Below the pieces are notes generated by a model. The model saw only the letters and a list, made by a program, of their open reading frames with translations, ran no database searches and was not told the origin of the DNA. Positions 35,687 through 47,203 of a stretch of DNA of 64,000 bases are shown here, piece after piece. The number at the start of each line of letters is the position of its first letter. The stretch's first letter is position 1. The stretch comes from Azolla caroliniana (Eukaryota > Plantae > Polypodiophyta): contig JBHGNT010000008.1 of the NCBI GenBank assembly GCA_043228905.1, forward strand, positions 11,160,001 through 11,224,000. Reading direction: 5' to 3'. A program made the translations under genes and the position numbers.

Positions 35687-38326
35687 TGTAAAAGATTATG
35701 TGCGGAAGCAATAGAAAACTGAACTTAGAAAATATGCAGGTTTAATGGAGAGCTTGAATATGCATAGTACGCGGGAGAGATAGAGAGAGAGAACACATAG
35801 AAACTCAATTCAAAATAATACTCAATCTGTACATACACCATGCTCAGTGAGCACCTTTTATACAAGCCTTGACAATAGGGTTGACACAAGTACTGTCAGT
35901 ACTTGACTGCTCATAAATGGGCCTACTCCACAAACTCCCAAAATTATTCCCTTACGAGGAATAACGCACTAACAACCTCTTCAGTTTACGCACCGATACG
36001 GCCTTGTTATGCGTACCGATTTACGCACCCAGTCTACACACCGGGTTACGCATCGTATTACGCACGAATGTTGAGCTTGTCTCTCAACATTCCCCCTCAA
36101 GCTCAACTTGAGGTTTCACCTGCTCCACCGGATCTAGCTCCGGTTCCTTCTGGCTTCACGCCTCACTCGCGCTCGTGCCTCGCCCTTCCGATCGGCTTGT
36201 CTGCTTACATGGCCCTTCTCGGCCGTGCTGTTGCGGTGTTGGCGCCTCTTCTACGGCCTTCTCTTCCATCAAACATCCGAACCGACTCGGCTTCCTCTGA
36301 TCGGTTTTCGCTCTCGTCCGAGTTGACTATCTCCAACTCGTCTTCGGTCTTCTCACCATTGATGGCTTCGTCTCCCCCACACTTGGTTGGCTTTGGCTCT
36401 TTCCTTCGACTGCTCCCCTTATGTCCGCTTTCGAACTCTTCCACGGATCTGCCCTCGGCTTCTCCAGCCGATCCAACAGCGAATTCGTCATCCGACTCGA
36501 CGTCAAGGTCTTTTCCGCTCCTTTCCTACTCCCTTCTGTGGTCATCTAGGATGTTTCTCCCCCTCAAGTTTGGCATGTCGAGGTGATGCAACCCAAGCGC
36601 ACCCAAGAATTGCCGCAACTTGTCCAGACCAAGAGGCTTGGTGAAGATGTCGGCGTTCTGCCGATCCGTCAGAACATACTAAAGTTCGACTTCACCGGAG
36701 AGGACACGCTCACGGATGAAATGGTAGTGCACCTCAATGTGCTTAGTTAGGTCTTGGCCCTTGGCTGAATCAACCAAGGGCCAAGCTGGATGCTGCTGAG
36801 GTTGTCACAGTAGATTGTCATTGGATCGGATACCTCCACCTGCAGATCCTTAAGTAGCCGCTTCAACCATATGGCTTCGCATGTCGCGACAACCGCTCCT
36901 CTATACTCGGCTTCGGTGCTTGACAGTGCAACTGTCGGCTGCTTCTTGCTACTCCACGCGATTGTGGTAGTCCCAAGAGAGAACGCAAACCCGGACGTGG
37001 ATCGATGATCGGCGATGTTGCCAGCCCAGTCGGCATCGGTGTAGCCGACCAACTGCGGGGCTGTATCGGTCCGATATATCAGCCACCGGTCCTTAGTGCC
37101 GCTTACGTACCGTAGTACGCGTTGTGCACACTGAAGGTGCTCCTCGGTAGGTCGCGCCATGAACTCACTAATCACCCTGATCGGGTAGCTGAGATCTGGT
37201 CGGGTGATGGTCAAGTACATAAGGCTTCCGACTATCTATCAGAACCACGTCGGGTTGCATACCTTTCCGGAATCAGGGCGAAGCTTGATGGTTCTATCCA
37301 GAGGAGTCAAGACGGACTTATAGCTGGCCATCCCGAATTTGAAGAGCATACTCAGCACGTAATGTCATTGCCTGATCGGTATGCCTTCGAGGGTGTGGAT
37401 CACTTCGATCCCAAGAAAGTAATGAAGATACCCCAGATCCTTCATGTCAAATGATGCCACAAGCTGGAGCTTCACGCGGTCAATCTCACGAAGGTCGGCG
37501 CCGGTGATGACTAAGTCTTTATCATAAAGTAAAATGCTAACCGACCCGAGTCGATGTTTCCGGATGAACAGTGAAGAGTCCAATTTTGACGTCGCAAAAC
37601 CCAACTGACACAATCGTTGCGTGATCTTCACGTTCCAGGCACGCGAGGCTTGCTTTAGTCCGTAAAGGGACTTCTTCAATCGGCACACCGCCAAAGTGTT
37701 CGTTCCGGAGTGAAATCCGGGAGGTTTTACCATGTACACCTATTCCTCAAGCTCACCTTGTAGGAATACGTTCTTTACATCCATCTGATGTAAGTGCCAC
37801 CCCTTTGCCGCAGCTACCACGAGCAAAACACGGATGGTCGTCATCTTCACGATCGTGTTATTCTCTGACCGGACAAGGCCTAACACAAGGTGTCACGGAG
37901 ACACTTCACCAAAGGGTGATTACGGCATAGGATTAAGATTCAACGATTACACCGACTTACGTAGGTTACACGATTAGAGTGCTTTGGTTAATTACACGCG
38001 TAAGATATAACAGTAAGTACAGAACGGAAATCAACACAGAAGTATAAACACCATATGCTCTATTAATTATCCGCTGCGATTACAATGGGGTCCGGGCCTT
38101 TAAATAGGTTTCCGGCCCGTAGTACAAAACGGTGCATATCGCACCTATTCGGGATCCGTCCGGATCTGGAACGGCATACCGTTTCCAGTCCGTCCGTCCA
38201 TACTATGCTTATTTACAACCATACTTAATTAATTCCTTCACTCCGTATTTTGGACTCCTTGCCGGCCGGTAACACATGGCACGCCCGTGGGACAGTACCT
38301 TGTACGTCGAACCCTTCTCGGCCCCT

Positions 38327-41170
38327 TCATTGTTCACCCAAATTGTCCAAAATACTTTGTTCCAGAGTTTCCTCTTGTTCTTCCGGTTGTGGTTGTTGCG
38401 GCTGTGCTTGCTGCTGCTGCTGTGGTTGCGGTTGGCACTGAGGCTGCTCCGGCTGCTCTATAGGCGGCTGCTCCGTTTGTTTCTCTGACTCCGGCTGCTC
38501 CGTTTGACTGCTTCCGGTCCGGTCTCTTTCCAGTAACGGTTCCTCATCACTGAGGTTGACCGTAACCGGTTCTCGTTCTTTCTCTTCCCGGATCCGGGAC
38601 CTCTCGTAACTTTCAAACTGGATCTGCGCCTCCAGCCTGTCGTCGTCCAGCTGAGCTACAAGTTGCCGGACTTGCCCTAGTTGGTCGTCTGCCAAGGCTT
38701 GAAAGTCTTCGGCCAGCTCATCTCTTATGCCGGTGAAGTCTTCGGAAGTCAGCATATAGCAATCATCTCCCTCCTTCCGCCGGTTCTCTACGTCGGCCCG
38801 GAGCAATTGGAGTTCCGCCGCGTTCGTGGCCCACTTGGTCCACCATTTGATGGAACCGTTGTCAATCAAGCTCTTGGTCTGGTTCAACCAGGCCCGCATG
38901 ATATCCTGGATGCGACTTGCTCCCATTTGCGCTCTACTTTCCATAACTTGTCGTTCCTCCTTCCACTGCTTAATGAGATTAGCCGTATCCTCCGCCTGCT
39001 CTCTGTAGCGCGTCAGCTGCCCTTGATATGTTGTTTGCAGCCTCTGCAGTACCTCCGCCGCTCTTTCTTTTTCCGCCTGTTGTTGCCTGAGGAGCTCTGT
39101 CCGAACCTTCTCCGCCTCTTCCAACCGTCTTCTGGTTTCCGCTTGTTCCTTAGCGAATGCCGTTGCGGTCCGATCAACTGCTTGCCGGAGCTCATCTGTC
39201 CGTTCCTTGTGCTCCGTTTGCAACCGTTTAGACTCCCGGTGCAAGTGCTCAAATTCCTCCGTTTTTTGTTTGAACTTGCCGTTGATCTGGCGATGGTTCT
39301 GGTCCTCCCGGTCCTTTACCTGCCGGAGTTCCTCTTTCAGGCGCTCTACTTCTGTTTCGGCGTTCCTCCGGAGCCTGTCCTTCTCTTGCAGCATTTTCTC
39401 CTTCTCCTCCTTGAGCCGGTCGTACGCTTGGTGGCCTTTTCGTAAGCTCTCCTCGGCCCGACGTAGATTCTCAGCAGTCTTTTTGAGTTCTGCCTCCGCT
39501 GCCGTCTTCAATTCTCTTTCGCGGCTCCTCAGCGCTTCTTGGGCAGCTAGCTCATCCTTTAAATCCGCAAGCTCTTGGGCTTGTGCCGCATTTCTCTCCG
39601 GAACGGTTTCCGCTGCCGGGGTCTGATTGCTATGTACAGGTTGATCTGACGCCTTATTCTGTACATTGCCCGGAGTCACCGGTGCTTGGACTTGTGTTGT
39701 CAAAGCGAATTGAGCCATTTCCCTTGTGACCCTGTCCAAGTCTTGTTCAAGGCTCCGGATTTTGGACCGGGCCGTCTCCTGATCTACGGTTGTGACGAGC
39801 AACCGTTCGTGGTGCGCTCTCTCCTCCGCCTCTATGTACTCGACCACTCCGGCGATTTGCTCACCAACCCACCGTAGCCACATGCTACTGGTGCCTTGCT
39901 GCTGTACTGGTCCTACTCCTTGGCCGCCGTGTGTGCTGGCTGGGCTCGCCGGCTGTTGAGTTCCGGTTCTCGCCGTCTCCGGAGCCGTTGGAATGACTTC
40001 TTCTATAGAAGTCGACAAGGCCGGTTCCATACGCACCGGTTCCGGTTCCTCCCTTGTGCTTTGCTCAGGTTGAGTTGGGGGCGTTTCTTCCTCTTGCGGG
40101 TACGAACACTCCCCCGCTGTCCCGGCGGTCCTACTTCTTGACCGTCGTTGGAGGTGCTCTTCTGCCTCCTCCGTTTCCTCTTCCTGGGTAACGGCATGTT
40201 TTTGTGCCGTCAAGGGTTCCGGTTCCTTCTGTCCCGGTCGCCGTATGGTTATCTTAACGGGTCGGACCGGTGACACCTCCTCCGGTTCTGGGACCCGTTT
40301 CTTCCCTTTCGTCGCCTTCGACGCCAGCAGCTGCTGTCGTTTAGACGCGGGTTTCGAGGTGCTTCCTTCCGATAATCTTGGCCGCTTCTTTGGCTGGACG
40401 GTCTCGACCGGCGGCACTAGCAATGTTATCCACTGAGCTACGGCATGCCACAGCTTCCGGCCCTCCTTGCCGTCCTTTCCTCGTACCATGTCGATTGCCG
40501 CGCACAAACCGTCTGCAATCAACACCGGCCAATCCACCTTGGTCCCTTCATAGGTGGCTATGATCATCCCTGCCCGATTTTTTGGCATGACAGGGGGTCG
40601 GGGGTACACGTGGCCGTACTCATGGAGCACTCGAGCTATCTCCCTGAATAGCGGATCTTCGCCGCCCTGCGTTCGATAGCCTTTGCCGGCTACAGAGTAC
40701 TCACCGAAATATCGGATGAGTTGGTCCGAGGTTGGGTTATCGATCTGAAAGATACCTCCCTCCGGAAGGCCTGTTAGCGCACGGATCGCTTCCTCGGTGA
40801 TGACCTCTGTGTCGAGCTCCTTGATGACCCGGTCGGCTTCTCTGTGCGGTGGTGCCTCCATGATGGTTAAGAACCCATCCAGTCCGTGTTGCCTGAACCA
40901 TTTCCTGGCCGCTTCCGACAGCGTTTGTGGTTCCATGTCTGCTTCGAGGTCGAGGAAAGATGGCGAGGTAGAGTGGTGATGAGAGTGAGAGCGAGAGAGA
41001 GAGCGTTCCGAACGTGGGGGTTCTCTGAGTGCAGGTTCGCGTTTGCTAAGCTTCCACTGCCTTGGTGCTTCTGTGCTTCTTGGCTCGCGAAATGAAAAGG
41101 TCTCCATGCGTTCTGCTTCTTCTCTGTGCGTCTTGGCGCCTTTTTCGAGCATGCACACGTCGTGTACCAA
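38327..41170 (-). CDS. Extra 947-aa ORF downstream of gypsy pol (plant-transposon-like N-terminal domain, basic segment, long coiled coil)
   Basis: Intact ORF in the env position. Contains ITEEAIRALTGLP and VDWPVLI motifs and an E/K/R/Q-rich heptad region; no obvious transmembrane segment. Confidence 0.8.
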   Translation of the reverse strand: MVHDVCMLEKGAKTHREEAERMETFSFREPRSTEAPRQWKLSKREPALREPPRSERSLSRSHSHHHSTSPSFLDLEADMEPQTLSEAARKWFRQHGLDGFLTIMEAPPHREADRVIKELDTEVITEEAIRALTGLPEGGIFQIDNPTSDQLIRYFGEYSVAGKGYRTQGGEDPLFREIARVLHEYGHVYPRPPVMPKNRAGMIIATYEGTKVDWPVLIADGLCAAIDMVRGKDGKEGRKLWHAVAQWITLLVPPVETVQPKKRPRLSEGSTSKPASKRQQLLASKATKGKKRVPEPEEVSPVRPVKITIRRPGQKEPEPLTAQKHAVTQEEETEEAEEHLQRRSRSRTAGTAGECSYPQEEETPPTQPEQSTREEPEPVRMEPALSTSIEEVIPTAPETARTGTQQPASPASTHGGQGVGPVQQQGTSSMWLRWVGEQIAGVVEYIEAEERAHHERLLVTTVDQETARSKIRSLEQDLDRVTREMAQFALTTQVQAPVTPGNVQNKASDQPVHSNQTPAAETVPERNAAQAQELADLKDELAAQEALRSRERELKTAAEAELKKTAENLRRAEESLRKGHQAYDRLKEEKEKMLQEKDRLRRNAETEVERLKEELRQVKDREDQNHRQINGKFKQKTEEFEHLHRESKRLQTEHKERTDELRQAVDRTATAFAKEQAETRRRLEEAEKVRTELLRQQQAEKERAAEVLQRLQTTYQGQLTRYREQAEDTANLIKQWKEERQVMESRAQMGASRIQDIMRAWLNQTKSLIDNGSIKWWTKWATNAAELQLLRADVENRRKEGDDCYMLTSEDFTGIRDELAEDFQALADDQLGQVRQLVAQLDDDRLEAQIQFESYERSRIREEKEREPVTVNLSDEEPLLERDRTGSSQTEQPESEKQTEQPPIEQPEQPQCQPQPQQQQQAQPQQPQPEEQEETLEQSILDNLGEQ

Positions 41171-41332
41171 TTTAGTATTAAGTAGCGTGGCGGCACTTAA
41201 ATGCCCACTACGTACCTTTTCGCTCCTTGCTTTCGCATCCGTTCATACCTCGATTTTTAATGATTTCTTTTTTTCTTTCTTTTATTATTATTATTATTAT
41301 TATTTTTTATTTTTAAATGACGGTATGTGATC

Positions 41333-44300
41333 TTACACATCCGTAGGTCCCTTCGGACCCTTACCGTTTTCCTTACGGGTTGCCGTGTCTTCCTTCGCCT
41401 CTACTACGGGTTCCCCGTCGTCTTTTTCTTCCATCCGTACCGTTCCCGGTATAGTGCCGGTGAGCTGCATAAACGGGTTCTTTGGCATCGGTCCTTTATA
41501 GGGCTTTAGTCTAAATCCGTTGACCCACTTGCCTAGCACTTCACCGGCAAGTGTCCCTAACTGATAGGACCCGTTGTATTCCCGTGTCAGCCAATACGGG
41601 CCTGTCCATCTAAACCGGAGTTTACCCGGCATCTTGCCCATCCTCGTTTGGAATACTAGCACCGGCTTTCCGATTTCGAACATCTTCTCATTACCTTTCC
41701 GGTGACGGTCAACGAACGCTTTCCGTCGTCGTTGCTCCAGTTCCATGTGTAGGATGCTGGCTAGCCGTTGCTCCTCCAGTTCGCATAGTGCTACTAGCCG
41801 CATTTCCTCCGACTCCTTTTCATTCAGCTGTTCCCGTAGTTGGATCCGTAAGCTTGGTACCTGAAATTCCACCGGCATGACCGCCTCTAAGCCGAACGCT
41901 AATCGGAACGGCGTTGTCCGGATACTTGTTTTGTATGCCGTTCGGTACGCCCATAGCGCGCTATGGAGCTTTGTATCCCAGTCCGTCCGGTTTTCATTGA
42001 CGATTTTGCGGAGAATGTTCTGCAGCGTTTTGTTGGTGGACTCTGCTAACCCGTTCGCTTGTGGGTAGTACGGTGTGCTCCGTTTATGGACCACGGCATA
42101 GAACGTTGTTAAGATTTCAACTACCTGGCCGAGGAAGTGCCCTCCTTGGTCGCTGATTAATTCAATCGGACATCCATATCGGCACCAAATGTTCTCGTAC
42201 AGGAATTTTGCTGTGGATGACGCGGTATTGTCTCTCAAGGCCTTAGCCTCCACCCATTTAGTGCAATAATCTGTTGCCACGATGACATAACGATTACCCG
42301 TTCTCATTGCCGGTGGCTTGAACGGTCCGACAAAATCCAACCCCCACTTCTGGAATGGCTCTAGTGGAAGTACCGGTTGGTGTGGCATCCGTGCTTGTTC
42401 CGTAGGCTGGCTCATTCGTTGGCATAGGTCACATTCCTTAGCATACTTGACGGCGTCTTTTAACGTCGTGGGCCACCATAAGCCGCTCTGCCATACTTTC
42501 CTTGCCGTCGCTTCCCCGGCATAGTGTCCTCCGGCAACCCCACAGTGTGCTTCCCGTAAGATTACTTGTTTCTCGTCACTACGGACTGCCCGTCTCCATA
42601 TTCCATCTGCTCCTTTGTGGTAGAGAGTGTCCCGTAACAGACAGAAATTACGGCTCTGCACCGCCAGTCGTTTCCTCTCGTCCCGGTTCATTTCCTTCGG
42701 TGGCAAGCCCGTGCTTAGGAACTGGTGCATGTTTGTCAGCCACCTATCTTCTGATGCCACCGTGTCGTCCGCTGCCGTTTCCGGGGTGATACGGAATAAC
42801 TCTGCGTCCGGGAATTCATCCGCTACTCCGTTGCCTGATTCTCCGGACTCTAACCGGCTCAGGTAGTCTGCTACGGCATGCTGGATACCGGGCCGGTGGA
42901 AGATCTCAAATTCGAACTCCTGCAACAGCAAGGTCCAACGGGCCAACTTACCGGTCAGGGACGCCTTGGACACTAAGTACAGGAGCGCCGAGTGATCCAC
43001 ATGAAAGGAAAACTTCCTTCCCAATAGGTAATGACGAAACTTTGTGACATTGTAGATCATGCCCAGGGCCTCCCGTTCCGTCGTCGAATAGTTCTTCTCC
43101 GCTTGGGACAGCTTCCGGCTGGCGTAATATACCGGCCGGTACCATTTAGGCTCCGTAAGTTGCATTAAGGCGCTGCCGATAGCGATGTCGGAAGCGTCAA
43201 CGAACACATGAAATTCCTTGCTCCAATCCGGAGGCTGCATGACGGGTGCTTGCGACAAAAGTACCTTCAGGGCATTGTATGCCTTATCCTCCGTATCCGT
43301 CCATTGGAACGGTGTCCGATGTACCGCGGTGTGTAATGGTGTAGCCAAGTCAGCCAAGTGACGGAGCATCCGGCTGTGCCACCGGATCTGTCCTAAGAAT
43401 CGGCTTAGTGCTTTGGCCGTTTTCGGTGCCGGTGCCCCTAGTATCGCGTTTACTTTGTCCGGGTCGACCGCAATGCCCTCCTTACTTACAATGTGTCCCA
43501 GTAAGATTCCACTTGAAACCCCAAAGATGCATTTTGCTGGGTTTAAGCTTAGCCGGTATAACCTACACTTTTCAAGGCATAACCGTAGGTGCTGCAAATG
43601 GTCTTTTCCCCGGCTATAGACTGCAAAATCATCCAGGAAAACCTGCATGAAGGCAGGAATGTATTCGCCGAAGATCTCCATGATGATTCGCTGGAAAGTT
43701 GCTGGTGCCGTTTTTAGGCCGAACATCATTACTTCGGCCACAAACACCCCCCATTCGGTGACGAACGCTGTCTTCTCCTGGTCGTCAGGGTGCATCCAGA
43801 TTTGATTGTATCCGCTGAACCCGTCTAAAAAACTATAAACTTCATGACCGGCGACGACATCCAGTACTCCATCCGTGAACGGAAGAGGGAATGCATCCGT
43901 AATTGTGGCTGCATTTAGTTTCCTGTAATCTACACACACGCGGATTTTACCGTTCTTCTTTGGGACGACGACGATGAGGCTCAGCCACGTCGCTTTCTTT
44001 ACCGGCCGGATGAAGCCCACTCTTAGGAGTTTGTCGATTTCCTCCTTCACTTTGGCGGCGTAGTTGGGGTTCATTTGGTAACGTCTTTGCGCCACTGGTT
44101 TCGCGTCCTTGCCTAAGTGGATCTAATGCTGATATAATTGAGGGTCCAACCCTCGCATGTCTTCGTATGACCAGGCGAATACGTCGCGAAACTCCGTGAG
44201 CAGTTTGATCATCGCCGCTTTATCTTCCGGCTTCATTTCTTTGGCGATGTGTACCGGCTTTGATTCGTCCTTGCTTCCTAGGTTCACTTCGTCGAGCTGG

Positions 44301-47203
44301 GATGTTTTTACCCGTTGGGAAACGGCCATTTCCCGTTCCAACGCTTCCTGTGCTTGCCGTAATTCCCGAATCGAATCTTTGTCTGGTTCGGCTTCGGTTT
44401 CGTCCCGCTGCGGCAAGTATGGCGCTACGGCTTTAGCCACGTCAATCTCGAAAAGTGGTACGATCTTCGGGTGTTCCTCCAAGTACTGGGCTTCTTCGTC
44501 GTCTGCCAACCCTTCAAGCATGTTCACGCATTCCGCATACAGCGGTGTGCATTCCTTACCGTTGCTCGTCCGTGGTTGTGTCGGTACCCGGACCTTGGCT
44601 TTTCCGCGCCGGAAGGTAATCATATTTTTCCGCCAATTTTGCTTGATGTGTGTTGTTTTCAACCATGGTCTGCCCAGCAACAGTGGGTACGCGCCTTGCG
44701 CCTATAGCTGCAGCACTACAGCCGAGATGTGAAATGTGTGACCTCCTATGGTGACTTCCAATTTCCGTATTAAGCCCGTCGGCCGTACAGAGCTCGTATC
44801 CGCCATCCGTAGCCAGAACGGACATGGCTCCCATTCATGTATTCCCAAGGCATCACACGTGCGGAGGCTTATTACGTTCACCCCGGAACCTCCATCGATT
44901 ACTGTGCCGGGAAGTTCGTGCCCTTTGACAATAGCTGTAATCACCGGACTACTAGTGTCCACCACCGTCGGTCCCTCCTCCGGATTCGAGAAAAGGACTG
45001 GTGCCGGTGGGGCTATACCGTCTATCATGACCGTTTTTAGTCCTTCCGTAAATCGCGACACGAGCTGTAAGAGTCTTCCTAATGGCAACGTGGTCTGACA
45101 TTCTTGCAGTGCTTGCCATGTCTCGTTTTCTGCGTGGCTACCGCCGGCACTCCCTATGGTATTCGCCTTTTGCCGTTCCGCGTCCGCGATGTTCCTTTCA
45201 TTGGCTTCCTTCACCCATTCCGTCGCCTGTTTTCGTATAGCCTCTTGTGTTTCCCACTCTTTGGCCATGCCTTTCGACCGTGTGGTTACTTGCTGTAAAT
45301 CTGCCACTTCCGGAACCACCATATTAACTGTTGGTCGTTTATCGTAGCTCTTTGCCGGGCACTGGTTACTGTAGTGGCCTTCCTGCCTGCAGTAATAGCA
45401 GTACTCTTTACGGGTATTGCTGGATTCAGCATTGCTGGTATCCAGAGTCGGTCCCGTAGTGAGTGGTGCGTTCTGTGCCGGTTGGCTCCTTGGGGTTCCA
45501 TGTTCCGGGTCCCTAGTGTGACCACCTTTCTTGAAATTACGTTTCTTATTATTCTTATTTTTAGTTCGGTAGTCCGGTCGTGGTGGATCGTAAAATCGGC
45601 CGTAGTCCTCCTGGTGCCTTCGGTAACCAGGGGAATGGTCTCTGTCGTATTGCTCGTGTCGTCTGTTGGGCTCCCGATAACGGTCCGATCGCTCATACCG
45701 GTCGTAGTTATCGTGCCGATTCCTGTACCGGCCATCATTCTCTTGTCTGTCTCCGTACCGGACATCCTGTGCCGGTCGGTACCGGTTCATTCTTTGCCAA
45801 CGATCGTCATCTTCGTCTCGGCTGCTTCTTGGCTTGATCCGTCGAACGGGTGGTGCTTGTCGGTTTAGCAGGTTATACTCGCACTGGTCCGTTGTATGAC
45901 TCTTGGATTGACAAATCACACACTGAGTTCGCATGGTGCACTCCACTGCCGAGTGTCCGGCATTCAAGCAGATTGTGCATTGAATTGCCTGCCGGAACCG
46001 GAGATCTTCATCTGTGGGTAATGCCCGTTGCAGTGCTCCCAGTGTAAGCCATGAGCTTGACTTTTCCATTTCTCTGACCCGGTCAATGACCTGGTCAATG
46101 GTGCTTCCTCGAAAGTCGATTACCGTACACACCGTGCGTAACGGTTCCCGGAGTGCGTTTAAAAATATCGTCCGTAATTCCTCCTCCGGGGGTGCACGGG
46201 CAAGCTGGCTATGCATTCGTTGGAAACGGATGACGAATTGGGGAATGCTTTCCCCTGCCTCCTGTCGGATCGTATAGAACAGGCCCACCATTGTCGTCTG
46301 GTCGACCTCCTTGTGGAAAAAATGCAAGAATTTTGCTTTTAATTCTGCAAAGGTTGTGATGGTCGCCGGGTCCTGCGTCCGCCGCCATCGTGTTGCTGGT
46401 CCTTCCAACGTGACCCCGAATTCCGCTATCTTCGAGCGTTCTTCTTCCTCCGGTGTCATTCGCTGGGACGTGTGATTTGCTTCCCATGTCTGCTCGAAGG
46501 CATGAACATGCGCTTCCGCGTCCGGATCATCGCGATACTTTGAGTATTGGAACGGCATGTCGTCGTCCAGTATTAGGCCGTGGTTTAGTGGCGTTTGTTG
46601 ATATCTTTCCGGTTTTCTCTCCGGTTCCACTTCCGGTTGTTTTGCCGGTGCTTTTTCCGGTTCCTCTTCCGGTTCTTTTTCCGGTTCTTTCACCGGCTCG
46701 TCTTCTGGTTCTTTCGCCGGCTCTTTCGTTGGTGTCGGTGGCTTTGCTTCTTCCACTTCCGGTGTTGGTGGGTTGACGGCTTCCGTTTGCGGTTCCGGAT
46801 AGCCCTGGTCGAGCGGTTCCGGTTCTGGAGTCGGCACGGTATTCGACCCGTCGTCCTCCGGGCCGCCGGGGGTATCGTTGCTGCTCTGGTAGTTCGTGTG
46901 CACGCTGTATCCCCCTTCGGAATCCGATTCGTAGGCTGAAAAGGCTTCTGCCTCGTTTTCTCCGCTTGCCAGCGCCTCGAGGAGGCGTTCGGTTTCCCGG
47001 AGACTACTTAGACTACTTTCGTCGTCCTGGTCGCGAGTTTGCCGTAACCGAAGAGATTCCTCCGCGACTCTCCGGATCTCGTTGGAGAACGAACGATCCG
47101 AGCGAATTTCGTGCGCTGCTTGCTGGAAAGTCTCACGCCGTCTTTGCCGTTCGGCGAGGCGTCGAGCTCGGTCTGTAACCAGGTCGTGCGTTGGTCTCGT
47201 CAT
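41333..47203 (-). CDS. Gypsy gag-pol polyprotein (gag, CCHC, protease, RT, RNase H, integrase), one frame with two premature TAG codons (44702, 44123)
   Basis: The three ORFs are in frame. Motifs CYYCRQEGHYSNQC, VIDGGSGVN, RVCVDYRKLN, VFLDDF, VFVDASD, KWGLDFVGP and YPQANGLAE. Confidence 0.95.

Noticed and set aside
38681-47178. Numerous plus-strand ORFs overlapping the gypsy element
   Set aside because: They are antisense shadows of GC-rich coding sequence with no motifs of their own.
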